A DNA stretch of 64,000 nucleotides from assembly GCA_963693365.1 (NCBI GenBank), contig CAVNZM010000008.1, positions 7,636,830 through 7,700,829 on the forward strand. Direction: 5' to 3'. The stretch is from Amoebidium appalachense. Its lineage: Eukaryota; Protista; Ichthyosporea. The notes beneath the pieces are model-generated. The model was not told the DNA's origin. It ran no database searches and saw nothing but the letters and a program-made list of their open reading frames with translations. How positions within the stretch are numbered: position 1 is the stretch's first letter; each line of letters begins with the position of its first letter. The position numbers and the translations under genes are program-made. Of this stretch, positions 1 through 14,119 are shown in pieces.

Positions 1-298
1 CGGGGGAGAGAGAGAGGGGGGGGGGGGGGGGGGGGGGGGGGGGAGGGGGGAAGGGGGGGAGAGGGGGAGAGAGGGGGGAGAGGGAGAGAGAGAGAGAGGG
101 AGGGAGAGAACGAGAGAGAACGAAAGAGAGCGAGAGAGGGAGACAGAGAGAGAGAGAGGGAGGGAGAGAGAGGGAGAGGGAGAGAGAGAGGGAGAGAGAG
201 AGGGAGGGGGGGGGGGAGGGGGGGGGGGGGAGGTGTAGGGGCTGGTAGGGGGGGAGGGGGGGGGGGGGGGGGGGGGGGAACCGGGATAGAGTGGGGGA

Positions 299-3200
299 CT
301 AGGGAGTGTTGATCTTTTTAGTGATGATGGAGAGTATGTGAGAGGAGTGAACGCCACGGTATATGTGCGGGTGTGTGGCGAGAAAGCTGTGCATTTTGTG
401 GTGCAAGAGTCTAAACGAGTAGCCTTTGTTAAGCAATGTTTTAGCAAGTCGTGCAGTGCATGTGGTGAATGCAGCAAGTGTGGAGCATTTGCGCTGGTAG
501 CTATGCATTTGACTTGTCATGATGCCGTATTTTGCAGTGCGGGAGATGAATGAGTCGTGATGTGGGAAACGAACGATGTCTAGTGTATTGAACGTGGGTG
601 TGTCGAGCTTGTTGTAGATGGTTGTGTGAATGCCGTGATTAGTGCAGGTGATATGCAAGTCGAGGTAGGGGACAGAGGGGGAGGAACCGGCAGGGTTGAG
701 TTGAAGGCTGGTCTTGGGATATAGACCGAAATCACAATCTTCTAAATAGAGGTGGGAGAGAATGCGAGGATTATGAAGGGAGATCAAATCATCTATGTAG
801 CGGCGAGTAAACTGAAAATCTACCAAGACATCAATGCGTTCGTGTGCAATAAGCTTGCGAACAAAATCCAACTCATAAGTAAAGAGATAGAAATTAGCCA
901 AGAAAACAGCACAGTTTGTACCCATGGGGATACCAATGTCCTGTTTGTAGAGGGTATCGCCAAACACAACATATATGTTATCTACGAGGAAACATAGAAA
1001 ATCCACAAGCTGTGCCTTAGAGAGATGTAGAGAGTGTTCTTTAGGCTCAAAGGAATCATCCTGGGAATCATCATCTACACGATCCACCCAGGACAACGTG
1101 GAGCCGGTTTTCTTAATAAACATGTGTGGTTTGCGAGCGTCCGTGCATTTTTTGACAAATATTGCGTCAATCAGTGTAGTGAGGCGAGCTTTCAAATCAT
1201 GCAAGTCAATCTTGGTGTAGAGTGTGGAAAAATCAAACACAGACACGGGCGTATTTTCGTGTTGGCGTGTGGTACGGTTAAGGGCGTTGATTGTGTGTGT
1301 GAGTGCGGTGCTATCCGTGAGAATCCAAGAGCTAGTGTTGTGTGGCAGGTGGGGTTTGACAACATCACACCACATACGTTCGACATCAGGGGAGACGAAC
1401 TTAAACACACTAGTGAGAAGGCGGGAGAGAGGTTCAAGTGATGTGGCAGAGGAGTTGGCAATGAAACGGAAGGTGGGTGGTGTTTTGTGCATTTTAACTA
1501 TGGCCTGAAATGTGGGCAAGCGTGCAGTGCGACGTCCTGGTGTGCCTTTTATGTCATGTGTTTTGAGAAATGCAAGGTGTTGTGCAACAATGTCTTTTGG
1601 TGCAGTGTTGCAGACGGTGTATGTTGCGGCAGGTGCATGCAGTTCGGCTGTAATGCTGCTAACGTAGTGTTTTTTGCAGACGATCACGAACGTGTTGCTA
1701 GCTTTATCCATTGTGGTGACTACGAAACGTTTTTGGAAGCGACGCAGTAGAAGCACAGAAGCTTGTGGTACGGTGTGTGTGTTGGGTGCGTGTTGTGCAT
1801 ATGGCAGGAAGGGGCGACACTTAGTAAAGACGGCGGCTGCCCACGGATTCAAAGAGGGATAAGCTGCCATACCAAGATCGTACATCTTGTTACAGAAACT
1901 TTGCAACGCCTGTGTCAATAAATTGCTACAGGTGGTGTCCTCCGTCTGCTCGACCTGCATTCGGAACTTGGTTCCAAAATGCATGAGCGATGCAAAGTCT
2001 GCGGGCAGGCCGGGAATGTCTAAGCGCGATGTAAGCACGTGTCCGTGTTGTGGGTGTACGTATGGCGCATAGTGCGGGTCGTTGCAAGGGCAGGGTTGTG
2101 CATGGATGTTTGCTATGGTGTCCTGCGGGAGTCGTGCGGTGTGTTTGCAGTTGATAGTGGTGTAGCCCAGGGTAGACACATATTTCCACACAGCAGAGAT
2201 ACGGAATTTACGCATTTCAAGCGGCAGGAGAGCATGTATTTCTTTGTCTTTGATGATGCGTTGCAAAGGGATTCTATCGAGCCCGGAGTTATGAAACACA
2301 GACACCAACATCACATGGGGTTGCGACATGTCAACACGTTCAAGTTCAAAACGACTACGTAATTCACGTTTGAGGCACGCAGCAATCTGTGAAAGGCGAG
2401 GTTGAGCAATGCCGGTGGGGAAAGCAAGGAGGTGCTCCTTCATCCTAACGATGTTGGAGGTGTTAAAGCGGTGTAGATATGCAGAGGAAAAGATACCACG
2501 AGACATAAGACTATCGATGTGCAGTAGGCGGCGTGTGAAGCAGCGCGAAAGAAACATGCGTGAGGGGTGTATAGGAGGCAGGTTGAGTGCAGGTGCAGGT
2601 GCAGGTGCAGGAGAGGGTGGAGGGGGTGTAGGAGGGGGTGTGTTGTGGAGAGCAAGCCGTGCACGCATATACAGCATGGGGTTGTGCACACGTGTAAAAC
2701 GATTGCGCGATTGGCGGTGGCTTCGGTATTGCGAATTATAGCCGGTAGTAGGTACGTGTGCTTGCAGTATGTGAGTCCAGAAACGTTCCCTAGCGAGACG
2801 CTGCGTTTTATCAGTGTCAGCGTTTGTGCGTGGAAGCTGTTCGATTGGAAACATAATGAAGCTCTCGTGCCCGTACTTAGCCATATCCCAGTAGAGTGGA
2901 CGGTTGTGCTCTTTGTGCTTGAAAAGAGCCCATTTTCTACTGTTTTGCGAATGCCGCTGGAATCTTTCAAAAGCGGATTTGCTAGTTTCACCAACGTAGC
3001 ACCTGCCAATCGTTTTGTGAAACACAACATAGATGACGTTGGTGTCGTGAATAGGATGTAGTGCATGCTTGGTGAGGGAGTGTTTGAGTTGCAGACGCCA
3101 GAGACGTTTAAGCATGGGGTGAGTGCGATTCAGGACGGTGTTTGTGTAGGGACCTGCAAGTTGTTGCCATGAGATGGTGCGAGGGGCGTTGGTGTAAGCA

Positions 3201-3502
3201 TGTGAGGTGTTGTGTGCATTGTAGAAAGCAGACACGTGTTTGCGGCTAAGTTGGCGAGAGTGGCGTTGTGTGGAAAACGTTTCCCTTGGTGGAGCCACAC
3301 CTCCACCGAAGGGGCCAGATCCGAGAACGGTTGGAGCCAATCGAGCGCATTTGCCAACACCATATCGAGCGCTCTCTCCCCCCCAAAGGGGAAAGCGATA
3401 TAGAGGGGTGCTTGTTAATCCGGGCGACCACCCAGCCGGCATGAATAATAGATTGGACGTCATTGCATGAGAACACGCAAACCGGCTGTTGGATAAGAAC
3501 AA
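299..3502 (-). mobile_element. Penelope-like retroelement ORF with permuted domains (N-terminal GIY-YIG endonuclease, CxC linker, C-terminal RT); Naiad/Chlamys type
   Basis: Uninterrupted 1067-codon frame: NVIYVVF..CYVGET..RFQRH..ERFW..GYN (GIY-YIG, ~3040-2730), CPCNDPHYAPYVHPQHGHV (CxC motif, ~2095), RT motifs DKAS, KMHK, RFIA, FDFSTLYTKI, QDIGIPMG, RYIDDL, YLDL. True start codon uncertain; 3' UTR runs into C/CT tracts and out of the window. Confidence 0.93.
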
Positions 3503-3689
3503 GGATTAGTCTGTTTTCAGATTCCCACCCACCCGGACGGCACGATGTACAAAAAAAAAAACAAAAAAAAAACTAACAAGGCAGACAAGAACGGGTGCAA
3601 ACGTGAATACGGCCGGTACAAAAATGAACACGGTGTGTGCAGGTGTGGGGAAGGCATTGCAGCCTGCTTTTCGCGTGGTTACGACATAG

Positions 3690-4027
3690 AGCACCCATGC
3701 CCGGTTGCATGGGAGTGAATCTATCTCCACACAGTGGTCTGTCCTAAAAAAAAAAAGGACACCTCTGAGAGAAGATATGGGGGGTTTTGAAAGCGTCAAA
3801 AAGTACGAAGTACACAAGAACAAACGGATAACACGATGCAGAATGCAAGCCATACATAAAGAGTATGCATAATAAGCAGAGCCCATCCTCAGGGGGGGCC
3901 CACGTCATCCACAGTACCCGAGTTTCGACCTATTCCCCTCGTTAACGAAACCCAACTCAGATACTGTTTCACTTGAACATGAGTAGGTCACCCGTCTTGA
4001 TCAGAGACGAGCAGGGTTGCTTATGCA
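3690..4027 (-). mobile_element. Pseudo-LTR/5' region of the Penelope-like element (structured tail copy 4027-3785 followed by head 3775-3690)
   Basis: 4027-3785 is near-identical to the dispersed copy at 10130-10330; 3775-3690 (AGAGGTGTCC..GGACAGACCACTGTGTGGAG..CCATGCAACCGGGCATGG) matches the head of the tandem units at 43163-44078. Tail-then-head upstream of the ORF is the typical PLE partial-tandem arrangement. Confidence 0.8.
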
Positions 4028-4428
4028 GGCAAGGGCAGTGGGAAAGGCCGGGGGTTAAAGTTGCAGCAGTAAGCAGAAGCAAGAAAAGGGGGGGGGGGGG
4101 GGGGGGGGTAAAGTCTGCACACCTACAAAGAGCTTGTGTGGACGTGTGCATGTGTCAGCACCTGTGCCTGTGCCCACAAGTGTGCCTGCATGTGCACGTA
4201 CGCATGTGTCCGTACGTGTGCCTGTGTGCCTGTGTGCACATGTGTATGTACGTGTGTGTGCATGCGTGCGCCTTGTGCCTGTGTGTGCCCTTGCACGTGT
4301 GCCTGTGTGTGCCCGTGTGTGCACGTGTGCATGTGTGTGCCCTTGTGTGTGTGTCCGCACGTGCGCAAGTGCACATGCGTGTTCCAATGTGTGCACGTGT
4401 GTGCCTGTGCATGCACGTGCACACCCAC

Positions 4429-4532
4429 CCTCTGCCGGGAACTCCTCGAACTCATCGTCCTCCTCCAGCAGTCCGAGCTCGGGCTTGGCCTTGCTGGCCT
4501 CAGTGGCAGCTGGCGCAGGCGGCAGTGGCCAT
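4429..4532 (-). CDS. SEM1: 26S proteasome subunit SEM1/DSS1, first coding exon (remainder lies left of the window)
   Basis: Translates ..PAPAATEASKAKPELGLLEEDDEFEEFPAE then G|GTGGGT donor; LGLLEEDDEFEEFPAE is the DSS1 signature. ATG at 4532 is one base out of frame (probable indel near 4520). Confidence 0.88.
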
Positions 4533-4892
4533 CTTTCCCGGTGAAAATAATTTTTTTAAAATAAAAGAATTTAATAGAGGAGATAAGGGCAGGCATCAGA
4601 AGTACTCTCCTATCCTAATAAGATTAAAATTTAAGATTTGAGTAAGATTGAAAAGTTGAAGAGAGAACAAAAAGAGCGGGGACATAAGTAGTTCATGAAG
4701 GATAAGATACAACCTACAGAAAAAAAATGCAACACAGAGCCTTGTGCATATCTTTTACATTTGTATCTTTACTTTGATTCACTTGTCCATTTGTTGTTAA
4801 AAAAAACACGGTGCAGGACATATTAGAACAAGGTGCAGAATCGAGCACAGAAAATGTATCATATCCACAGAGTGCATGCGACGTCCGTGGGG

Positions 4893-5020
4893 GGGTTTGA
4901 ATGCGGAACACGGTACGAAGTACGCATACACGAAGGACACATGCAAAGGCAACATTCAAGTATGCAACATAGCCATGCGCACAGTATGCGTCATAAGCAG
5001 AGCCCATCCTCAGGGAGAGC
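4893..5020 (-). mobile_element. 5'-truncated tail fragment of non-autonomous PLE-derived element (subfamily B)
   Basis: Matches the 3' part of 13102-13459, from CTGAGGATGGGCTCTGCTTATG to CCGCATTCAAA-(C)n. Confidence 0.85.
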
Positions 5021-5726
5021 ACGTCCGTGGGGGGGGGGGGGGGGGGGGGGGGGGGGGAGATTGTCGCATGGAAAAAGAAACATTGCACCAAAAAAGAAGA
5101 AGAAAAAGAGAAAGAGAAACAAGGAAGAAGAAGAAGAAAGTAACGGAAAGCAGGAGGAAAGACAGAACGGGAAGAGAAAGGGAGTACGCAGAGTAAAGGT
5201 AACGGGGAGCATGCGAGAAGCCAGAGAGGTGGTGGTGATGCTGGTGCTGGTGGGCGGGCGCCCAGGGGGGAGGGGGGGGGGGGGGGGGGGGGGGGGGGTG
5301 GGGGGGGGGGGAGGGAGAGGGGGAATAGCAGGAGAGATAAGAGATCAAAAATAGTGGACAGAGGACACGACCAAAAAAAAAGAAAACGGGAAGGGAGAAG
5401 GCATTGAGGATATGAGGGAAAGGGCTGAAGGGGGCAGGCAGGAGCCAAATGGAAGGGGAAGTGAAGGGCGAATGTGTGTGTGTGTGTGTGTGTGTGTGTG
5501 GTGGTGGTGGTGGTGGTGGTGGTGGGGGGGGGGGGGGGGGGGGGCACTGGGGGAGGGAGGTTGAAATGTGTAACACAGTACGAAATGCAACTATGCAATG
5601 AGGAACACGGCGCAGGACACAGGACACATGGTATGCAACAGCATACAGTATGCATTATTAACAACGTACACTAAACAACATATGCAAAACCCACCCTAAA
5701 AAGGAGGGGGGGGGGGGGGGGGGGGG

Positions 5727-5846
5727 TAATGCGCCATAAAATACGACGTACACATTCAAACCATGCAACACAGTGCAGACCACACATAAAGAGTATGTAT
5801 AAAAAGCAAGAGCCCATCCTCAGAGTGGGCCCACGTCATCCACAGG
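5727..5846 (-). mobile_element. Diverged tail fragment of the same family (subfamily A-like)
   Basis: CTGTGGATGACGTGGGCCCACTCTGAGGATGGGCTCTTGCTT..., ends GCATTA-(C)n. A more diverged tail is likely at 5560-5660. Confidence 0.7.
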
Positions 5847-6122
5847 AAGGGACACACAGGGATGCATGAATTAGCATGTGGCAAACCTTTATGCAAAGGC
5901 ATAACAAAGTCACAAAGACGGTAACACAACACAGAAGCAAAGACAAGTGTTGCAGGCAGAAAAAACTTATACAAAGCCCAAAATCAGGGGTTTTTGGGTG
6001 CGCGGGGGGGGGGGGGGGGGGGGGGGGGGGGGCTTATTATAGAAGGGGTGGAAAGGGACAGGGTGCGAGGGGAAGGGGGAGCAGCGTGGCGGTTTTGTTA
6101 TTGTGTTTGCTCTTTTTCTTTT

Positions 6123-6171
<49 letters not shown>

Positions 6172-6449
6172 GGGCGTGGGCGATGGGCCTGAAAAGCATT
6201 GCAGGCAGAAGTCCCTGTAAACCTCCAGATAGTTGTGTCTCCTATATGTGACTTTCCATGTTTCATTGTTTGTGTGTGTCAGACAAGACAGAGTAGTTGG
6301 GTGTGTGTTGGGGATGAAAGCTTTTGTGAGAAGTGGAGGAAAAAGCCAAGTACACAGGAATGTCGCATAGGTCGGCAACACACAGCTACAAACGCCGTCA
6401 CACATAAGCAACATTTCCGAAAGGACATAAATGATGCAAAACAGAAGCG

Positions 6450-6506
<57 letters not shown>

Positions 6507-6999
6507 AACAAACACACACACACACACACACACACACAAGCCATACGCGCAACGAAACACATATACAAAGCCACACACAGAGGGGCGTTTAAGCAACCCC
6601 CCTGCCCCCCCCAGCCGCCCCCCCTCCCCCTCACACACACACTCCCCCTCCCCCCCCTCCCCCTCCCCCCCAACACACACACACACTCTCTCTGTATCCT
6701 CCGTTAAACACACTTATCCTCCCAGAGCACTACACAAACAACAGTGAGAAATCCTTCGAAGCGTCCTACACCAACTCCCCTTCAAAACAAAGCTCTCCCA
6801 CCCCTCACACACCCGCACAAACACACACCTACTGACACAGAAACACACACACCCCTGCACACACACAGACAAGCACACACACACACACAACACAACCATA
6901 CCCACACGACCGCCCACACACAAGCAAACGCACACACACTTACAAGCTCACATACGCAGGCGCGTACACACGCACACGGACACCACACACGCACACGCA

Positions 7000-7037
<38 letters not shown>

Positions 7038-7054
7038 CCACAAACGCATACACA

Positions 7055-7098
<44 letters not shown>

Positions 7099-7478
7099 CA
7101 AAACACACACACACACACACACATCCACAAACACACACACACACACACACACATCCACAAACGCACACACACACACACACACACACAAACCGTACCTTTC
7201 TTACGTGTCTTCGACTCTTCAGGTGTGACTAAGGATCTTTCCTATTCGCCCCCTCTGTGACGTCCAGAACGCACACAGAATGTTGACCTTTATTATAAAA
7301 GTTGACCCAGAAGCAAAGCAAACGCTTTATCTATCTGTCCTTGAAAGGCAAGCAAAAAGACCTGATGAAAAACGTATCAAGCACTACAAAAAACCAGGAT
7401 CAAGCTTAAATAATGTACCCAACGTTGAACTGAACGCCGGCAACAACAGAGAGCTCGAAAGAGAGAAAGTGAAAATGA

Positions 7479-7548
7479 TGACGTAAGGAGTTGGCGAAAA
7501 CATTGAAAATGACGTCACACTATAAGAATGGCGTGCATTATGACGTCA
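7479..7548. promoter_or_regulatory. Three CRE/ATF-like sites at exact 31-bp spacing
   Basis: TGACGTAA 7479, TGACGTCA 7510, TGACGTCA 7541 in a microsatellite-free island; a minus-strand donor AAG|GTACGG at 7196/7195 lies downstream. Confidence 0.4.
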
Positions 7549-8453
7549 GAGGGATCACCCACACAGGCCCGTGGCCACCGTGCACAGCACGCCAAGCCAC
7601 CGGCACACGCACTTGATACAAGTCGGAGTGTGTGGGGCGCCGATGTTTTAGCTATAGGAACAGCATTTAGATTCCTACCCTTGGTTCCAACACGCTTTTA
7701 TATTTTCTTTTCTATAGATCAATAATCATTTTTAGCAGGCATTTTGCGCAATCGCCAAGGCTAGACAACTAGTTTTCCTGGAGATTCTTGCACGAATTTC
7801 TTGGGCTCTCATTGCTCGTTTGTTGAATCGAGTGGTTAAGTTTGACAGAAGACGAAGCTAACAGGAGCAAGGTGGAGAGTCAATAGCTTCTGGTCATTTT
7901 CATACAGGTAAGCTTGTTGCATGTATGCACTGTTGCTAGAGGAATGAGAGGGACATTGAACATTTGCCGTAGAACCCCCCCCCCCTAGGTATAAGCACTG
8001 TAGAACCCCCTCCCCCCCCCCTAGGTATAAGCACAAAGGCAAATGCCATCACATGCACCCCCACTAGGCTACTTTATACGTGAGATGCACATGGGCCCGT
8101 GCACAATTTTCACGCAAAGGCAAACGCACATAGACACACTTGAGTTCACGCACACAGGCAAACACACATTAAGAACACGGTATCACGCACATACATACAC
8201 TCACACATTCTTTCTCACACACACCGACACCCGCTAGCATGCTCCGCTTTCCCGCACGCACACATTCACGTGCACACGTGCCCACAGATTCACATCTGCC
8301 CTGAAACATGGTTTCGTGGCCCCTGTCCACTGTGTGGCATACACTTGAAGGCAAACCAACACATACCCGTCAAGTTCTGGTGGTTTTCCTGTGCTGCCTG
8401 CTGTTGCTTTATTGAGTTATGTGAGCGTTTAGACGTATGCCTGAAAGTTTCTG

Positions 8454-8564
<111 letters not shown>

Positions 8565-8652
8565 CCCTCCTTCCCTCCCTCCCTCCCTCCCTTTCTCCCT
8601 CTCTCTCTCTCCACTCTCTCTCTTGTCTGTCTGCCTGCTCCCTCCCCCCCAC

Positions 8653-8686
<34 letters not shown>

Positions 8687-8964
8687 CCCCCCCCCCTCTT
8701 CCTCCCCCACCTGTCCCTCCCTCACTCCCTCCCCCTCCCTCCCTCTCTCTCACTCACTGTCGCTCTATCTCTGTCACTTCTCGGTCTGTCTCGCTCACCC
8801 CCCCCCCCCCACTTCCCTTTCCCCCACATACTCTCTGACCAACACCCGTTGTTCCCTCACGCCCCGTTCTCATGCCATACGCACACACACAACACCCCCC
8901 CCTCCCGTCCGCTCCCCCCCCCCTCCCCCCTCTCTCCCTCGGTCACATCCCCCCATCTCCCTTC

Positions 8965-9039
<75 letters not shown>

Positions 9040-9163
9040 TCTGTCTGTCTACCTCTTTCCCTCCCCCTCTCCCCCCCCCCCCCCCTCTCTCTCCACTCTC
9101 TCTCGTCCCCACCCACCCTCCCCCCAACCCCCCCCCCCCCCCCCCCATGTCACTCTCCCCCTC

Positions 9164-9200
<37 letters not shown>

Positions 9201-9556
9201 AACCAACCAACCAACCAACACCGTACACCACTACCCCTAGTTTTTTTTATCTCCTTTCTCCTCGCTCATTTTTTTTTTTGCCTTGCCTTTTTTTTTTGCT
9301 GCTGTTGCAAGAAACTCGGTGTCATTCTGTTAAAGGCAGGGCATTCATGACCCCAAGTGTTTTGATATTTGGTTTGGTTGGTTTCGTTTGGAAGCAGTGT
9401 TGAAAGCTGGGGTTGAGTGGGTACTCTTTGCTCGCTAACGTGCTATATTCTTTCTCTGTGTAGGGTTGTATGTTTCTGTGTTTTCTCTTTTGCTTTCTTG
9501 TCTTCTGTCTTTCTTTCTTTTTTCCTCCTTTTTTTGGCGTGTTTTTTTTGTGCGCG

Positions 9557-9591
<35 letters not shown>

Positions 9592-10009
9592 CGGATAAGG
9601 GGTTTTTTTGGGCTGGTGATCAGGGGGTGAGGGGGGAGATGAGGGGGTACGGGGAGTATTTTTAAATAATGGGCCGGTGGCTTAAAGGGCTGTGGGTGCT
9701 GTGTGTACATTGTGTGTGTGTGTGTGTGTGTGTGTGCAATGTGCTGGTTTGCCTGTTGAGTTTTTCCATAGGAAAATGGAGTACAGCTGTGTATTCTTAT
9801 TTAATAGCTATAATGACTCAATGGTTATGTGTGAACCTGGGTAGTGCATCATCCCACCCCCCCCCACACACACACACACCCACACGCACACACGCACACA
9901 CACACACAAACCCTCCACTATGACATACACACCGCCACCACATCCCCTGATGATGGGCTCTGCTCAAGTGTTCTCTGCCTGCACATTTTTTTTGGTTTCT
10001 TTTTTCTTT

Positions 10010-10045
<36 letters not shown>

Positions 10046-10129
10046 TTTTGGGGGGGGGGAGGGGGCATTGCTTCCAAGTTTTCTACTCTTCAAGTGTGTT
10101 GACCCCCCCCCCCCCCCCCCCCCCCCCCC

Positions 10130-10330
10130 TACTCATGTTCAAGTGAAACAGTATCTGAGTTGGGTTTCGTTAACGAGGGGAATAGGTCGAAACTCGGGTA
10201 CTGTGGATGACGTGGGCCCCCCCTGAGGATGGGCTCTGCTTATTATGCATACTCTTTATGTATGGCTTGCATTCTGCATCGTGTTATCCGTTTGTTCTTG
10301 TGTACTTCGTACTTTTTGACGCATCTAAAC
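10130..10330 (+). mobile_element. 5'-truncated structured tail copy (subfamily A) inserted in a (C)n tract
   Basis: Near-identical to reverse complement of 3785-3985; flanked both sides by poly-C. Confidence 0.9.
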
Positions 10331-10545
10331 CCCCCCCCCCCCCCCTCCCCCCCTCCCCCCTCCCCCCTCCCCCTCCCCCCCCCCTCCCCCCGGGGGGACA
10401 TCAATCTTTTGACATCATCTCAACTAGGTTGTTCAACAACTGATTTTTTTTCCTTCCCCCCCCCCCCCCCCTCCCTCCCCTCCCTCCCCCCTCCCCTTCC
10501 TCACCGCTGCACAACACACACACACACACACCTCCCCCCCCCCCC

Positions 10546-10576
<31 letters not shown>

Positions 10577-10801
10577 ACACGCCACAAACACACATTCAAC
10601 ACGGTGCCTGGTTCAGCGTGTGTGTGTCGACCTACCAACCACCAACCGAATTTTCACATCAGATTCCCGGTTTTTTCTTTTTCGTTTTTTCCCCTTGTAT
10701 AAAACCAACGGGAGAGAATGAGTCTTCTTGGACGGATCGGTTCTGCGGCATCCGCTCTGGGATCACAGATGTTCAGAAACACCCTGGCAAGGTCAGAAGA
10801 C

Positions 10802-10835
<34 letters not shown>

Positions 10836-11303
10836 AACACACACACACACACACAAACGCACACACACACACACACACACACACCACCTTACCCACCCAC
10901 CCACCGACACAATTTGTTGTTTCGTCTTTTGTGTTTTTGTTTTGGGGCTTTGTGGCTTTTCGATCCTTCCATGGTTGTCACTTACCAATGCATATACCCT
11001 CCCCCCCCCCCCCCCCCCCCCCCCCCCTCCCTCCCCCCACCCCCTCCCCGCCCCTCCCCGCGTGCGCGCACGCACACACACACACCACACACACACCTCC
11101 CGTTCCTTCTCACATGGATAACCCGGCCTGCAATCTTCGTTGACAAAGCCGGGTGACCCACTCTAGTGTTAGACTCACATTGAAGTACGTAAAGTTTTAG
11201 TTGGCATTTACGCACGAGGTGATGGGTCCAAAAACGGGCACTGTGAATGGCTTGGTTTCCAGCTGAAGGGGGGAAGGGGAGGAGGGCAGGGGGTGGCCCG
11301 GAA

Positions 11304-11337
<34 letters not shown>

Positions 11338-11874
11338 TGGAACTCCCAACGAACATAGACGCGATGTTGTCCATGTGTGATAATGGTAACCCTTTCCTCC
11401 CTGTTCCACCTCTCATTCAATAAGTTCCGTTGCAGGGGGCCCAATGTTGTTTCAGCCAAAACATTCTCCGTTTTTGCTCCGACCGTAACAGCCCCCTCGT
11501 CGCTTCTGGCATCATGGTAACATCCCTCCCCCCCCCCCTCCCCCCCCCCCCCCCCCCCTCTTTCTCCGCTCCCTTCTCTCCACCCCTCCCCACCCCCCAC
11601 CCTCCCCCCCCCTTCCACCCCCCCACCCCTTCCCTCCGATCCCCGGGTTACCTAGGGATGTTCGATTGAAGTAATATTTGATTGGCGTTACGCATGCTGA
11701 GGTGGATGTGTCAAGCTCGGGAACTGTGGATGGCTTGGGGCTCTTGAAGCCCTGAGAATGATTGGGCTCTTCTTGTGTTGGATACTCTTGTAATAACATT
11801 TTTTTTTTTTTGCATGTGCTGTTAATTTTATCACTGTGTGACTTGAACTTCATACTGTGTAGATGCATCTAACT

Positions 11875-11910
<36 letters not shown>

Positions 11911-12535
11911 GCTAAACACCACAACCGCCCCCCCCCCCCCCCCCCCCCCCCCTCCCATGCAGATAGAAACACACAACCCCCTTCCCCCCTCCCTCCCCCC
12001 TCCCCCCGGAGAATGGGCTTTACCTACGATGCATACTCCTGTGTAGGATCTTTTTTGCAAAATTTGCTTTGTGTAGTCCGTCGTGAATGTGTAGCTCGTA
12101 TTCTGTAACACACCCCATCCTCCTCCCCCCCCCCCCCCCCCCCCCCACGCCCCCTCCCCATCTCTTCCTCCCAAAAGACACACATACACGTACAGACCAC
12201 CTCCCTCCCCAACCCCCCCCCCCCTCCCCTCCCAACCCCCACCCTGACCCAGGTTCTGGGCTAAGTTGAGGAGTCCCTGTGAGAACTTTTTGTGTGTGTT
12301 TATATTTTTCTCATGTGGCATATATGTAGGAGGGATTTCGGGCAGAGGAGGGTGCGTATGTGTGGGTGGCTGGGTGCATGTATGTGTGATTTTGGAGGAG
12401 CGGGAGGGAGGGAGGGGGGAGGGGGGGGGGGGGAGGTGCACACGTTACCACTCTTTAGTACCACGTGCCTCAATTGTTTTTAAAAAACCTTTCATCTGGA
12501 TGTGCAAACATACAAGCATTCGAGAATCCACGATC

Positions 12536-14119
<1,584 letters not shown>

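Noticed and set aside
299-3502. Selenoprotein-type Naiad (TGA recoding, SECIS)
   Set aside because: No in-frame TGA in the ORF and no convincing SECIS in the tail structure.
4515-4532. Programmed frameshift or pseudogene status for SEM1
   Set aside because: No slippery site; a one-base indel like others in this assembly is the simpler explanation.
10229-10330. Recurrent small peptides such as MGSAYYAYSLC or MQRQTFKYA
   Set aside because: They recur only because they lie in the repeated element; frames are not conserved between subfamilies.
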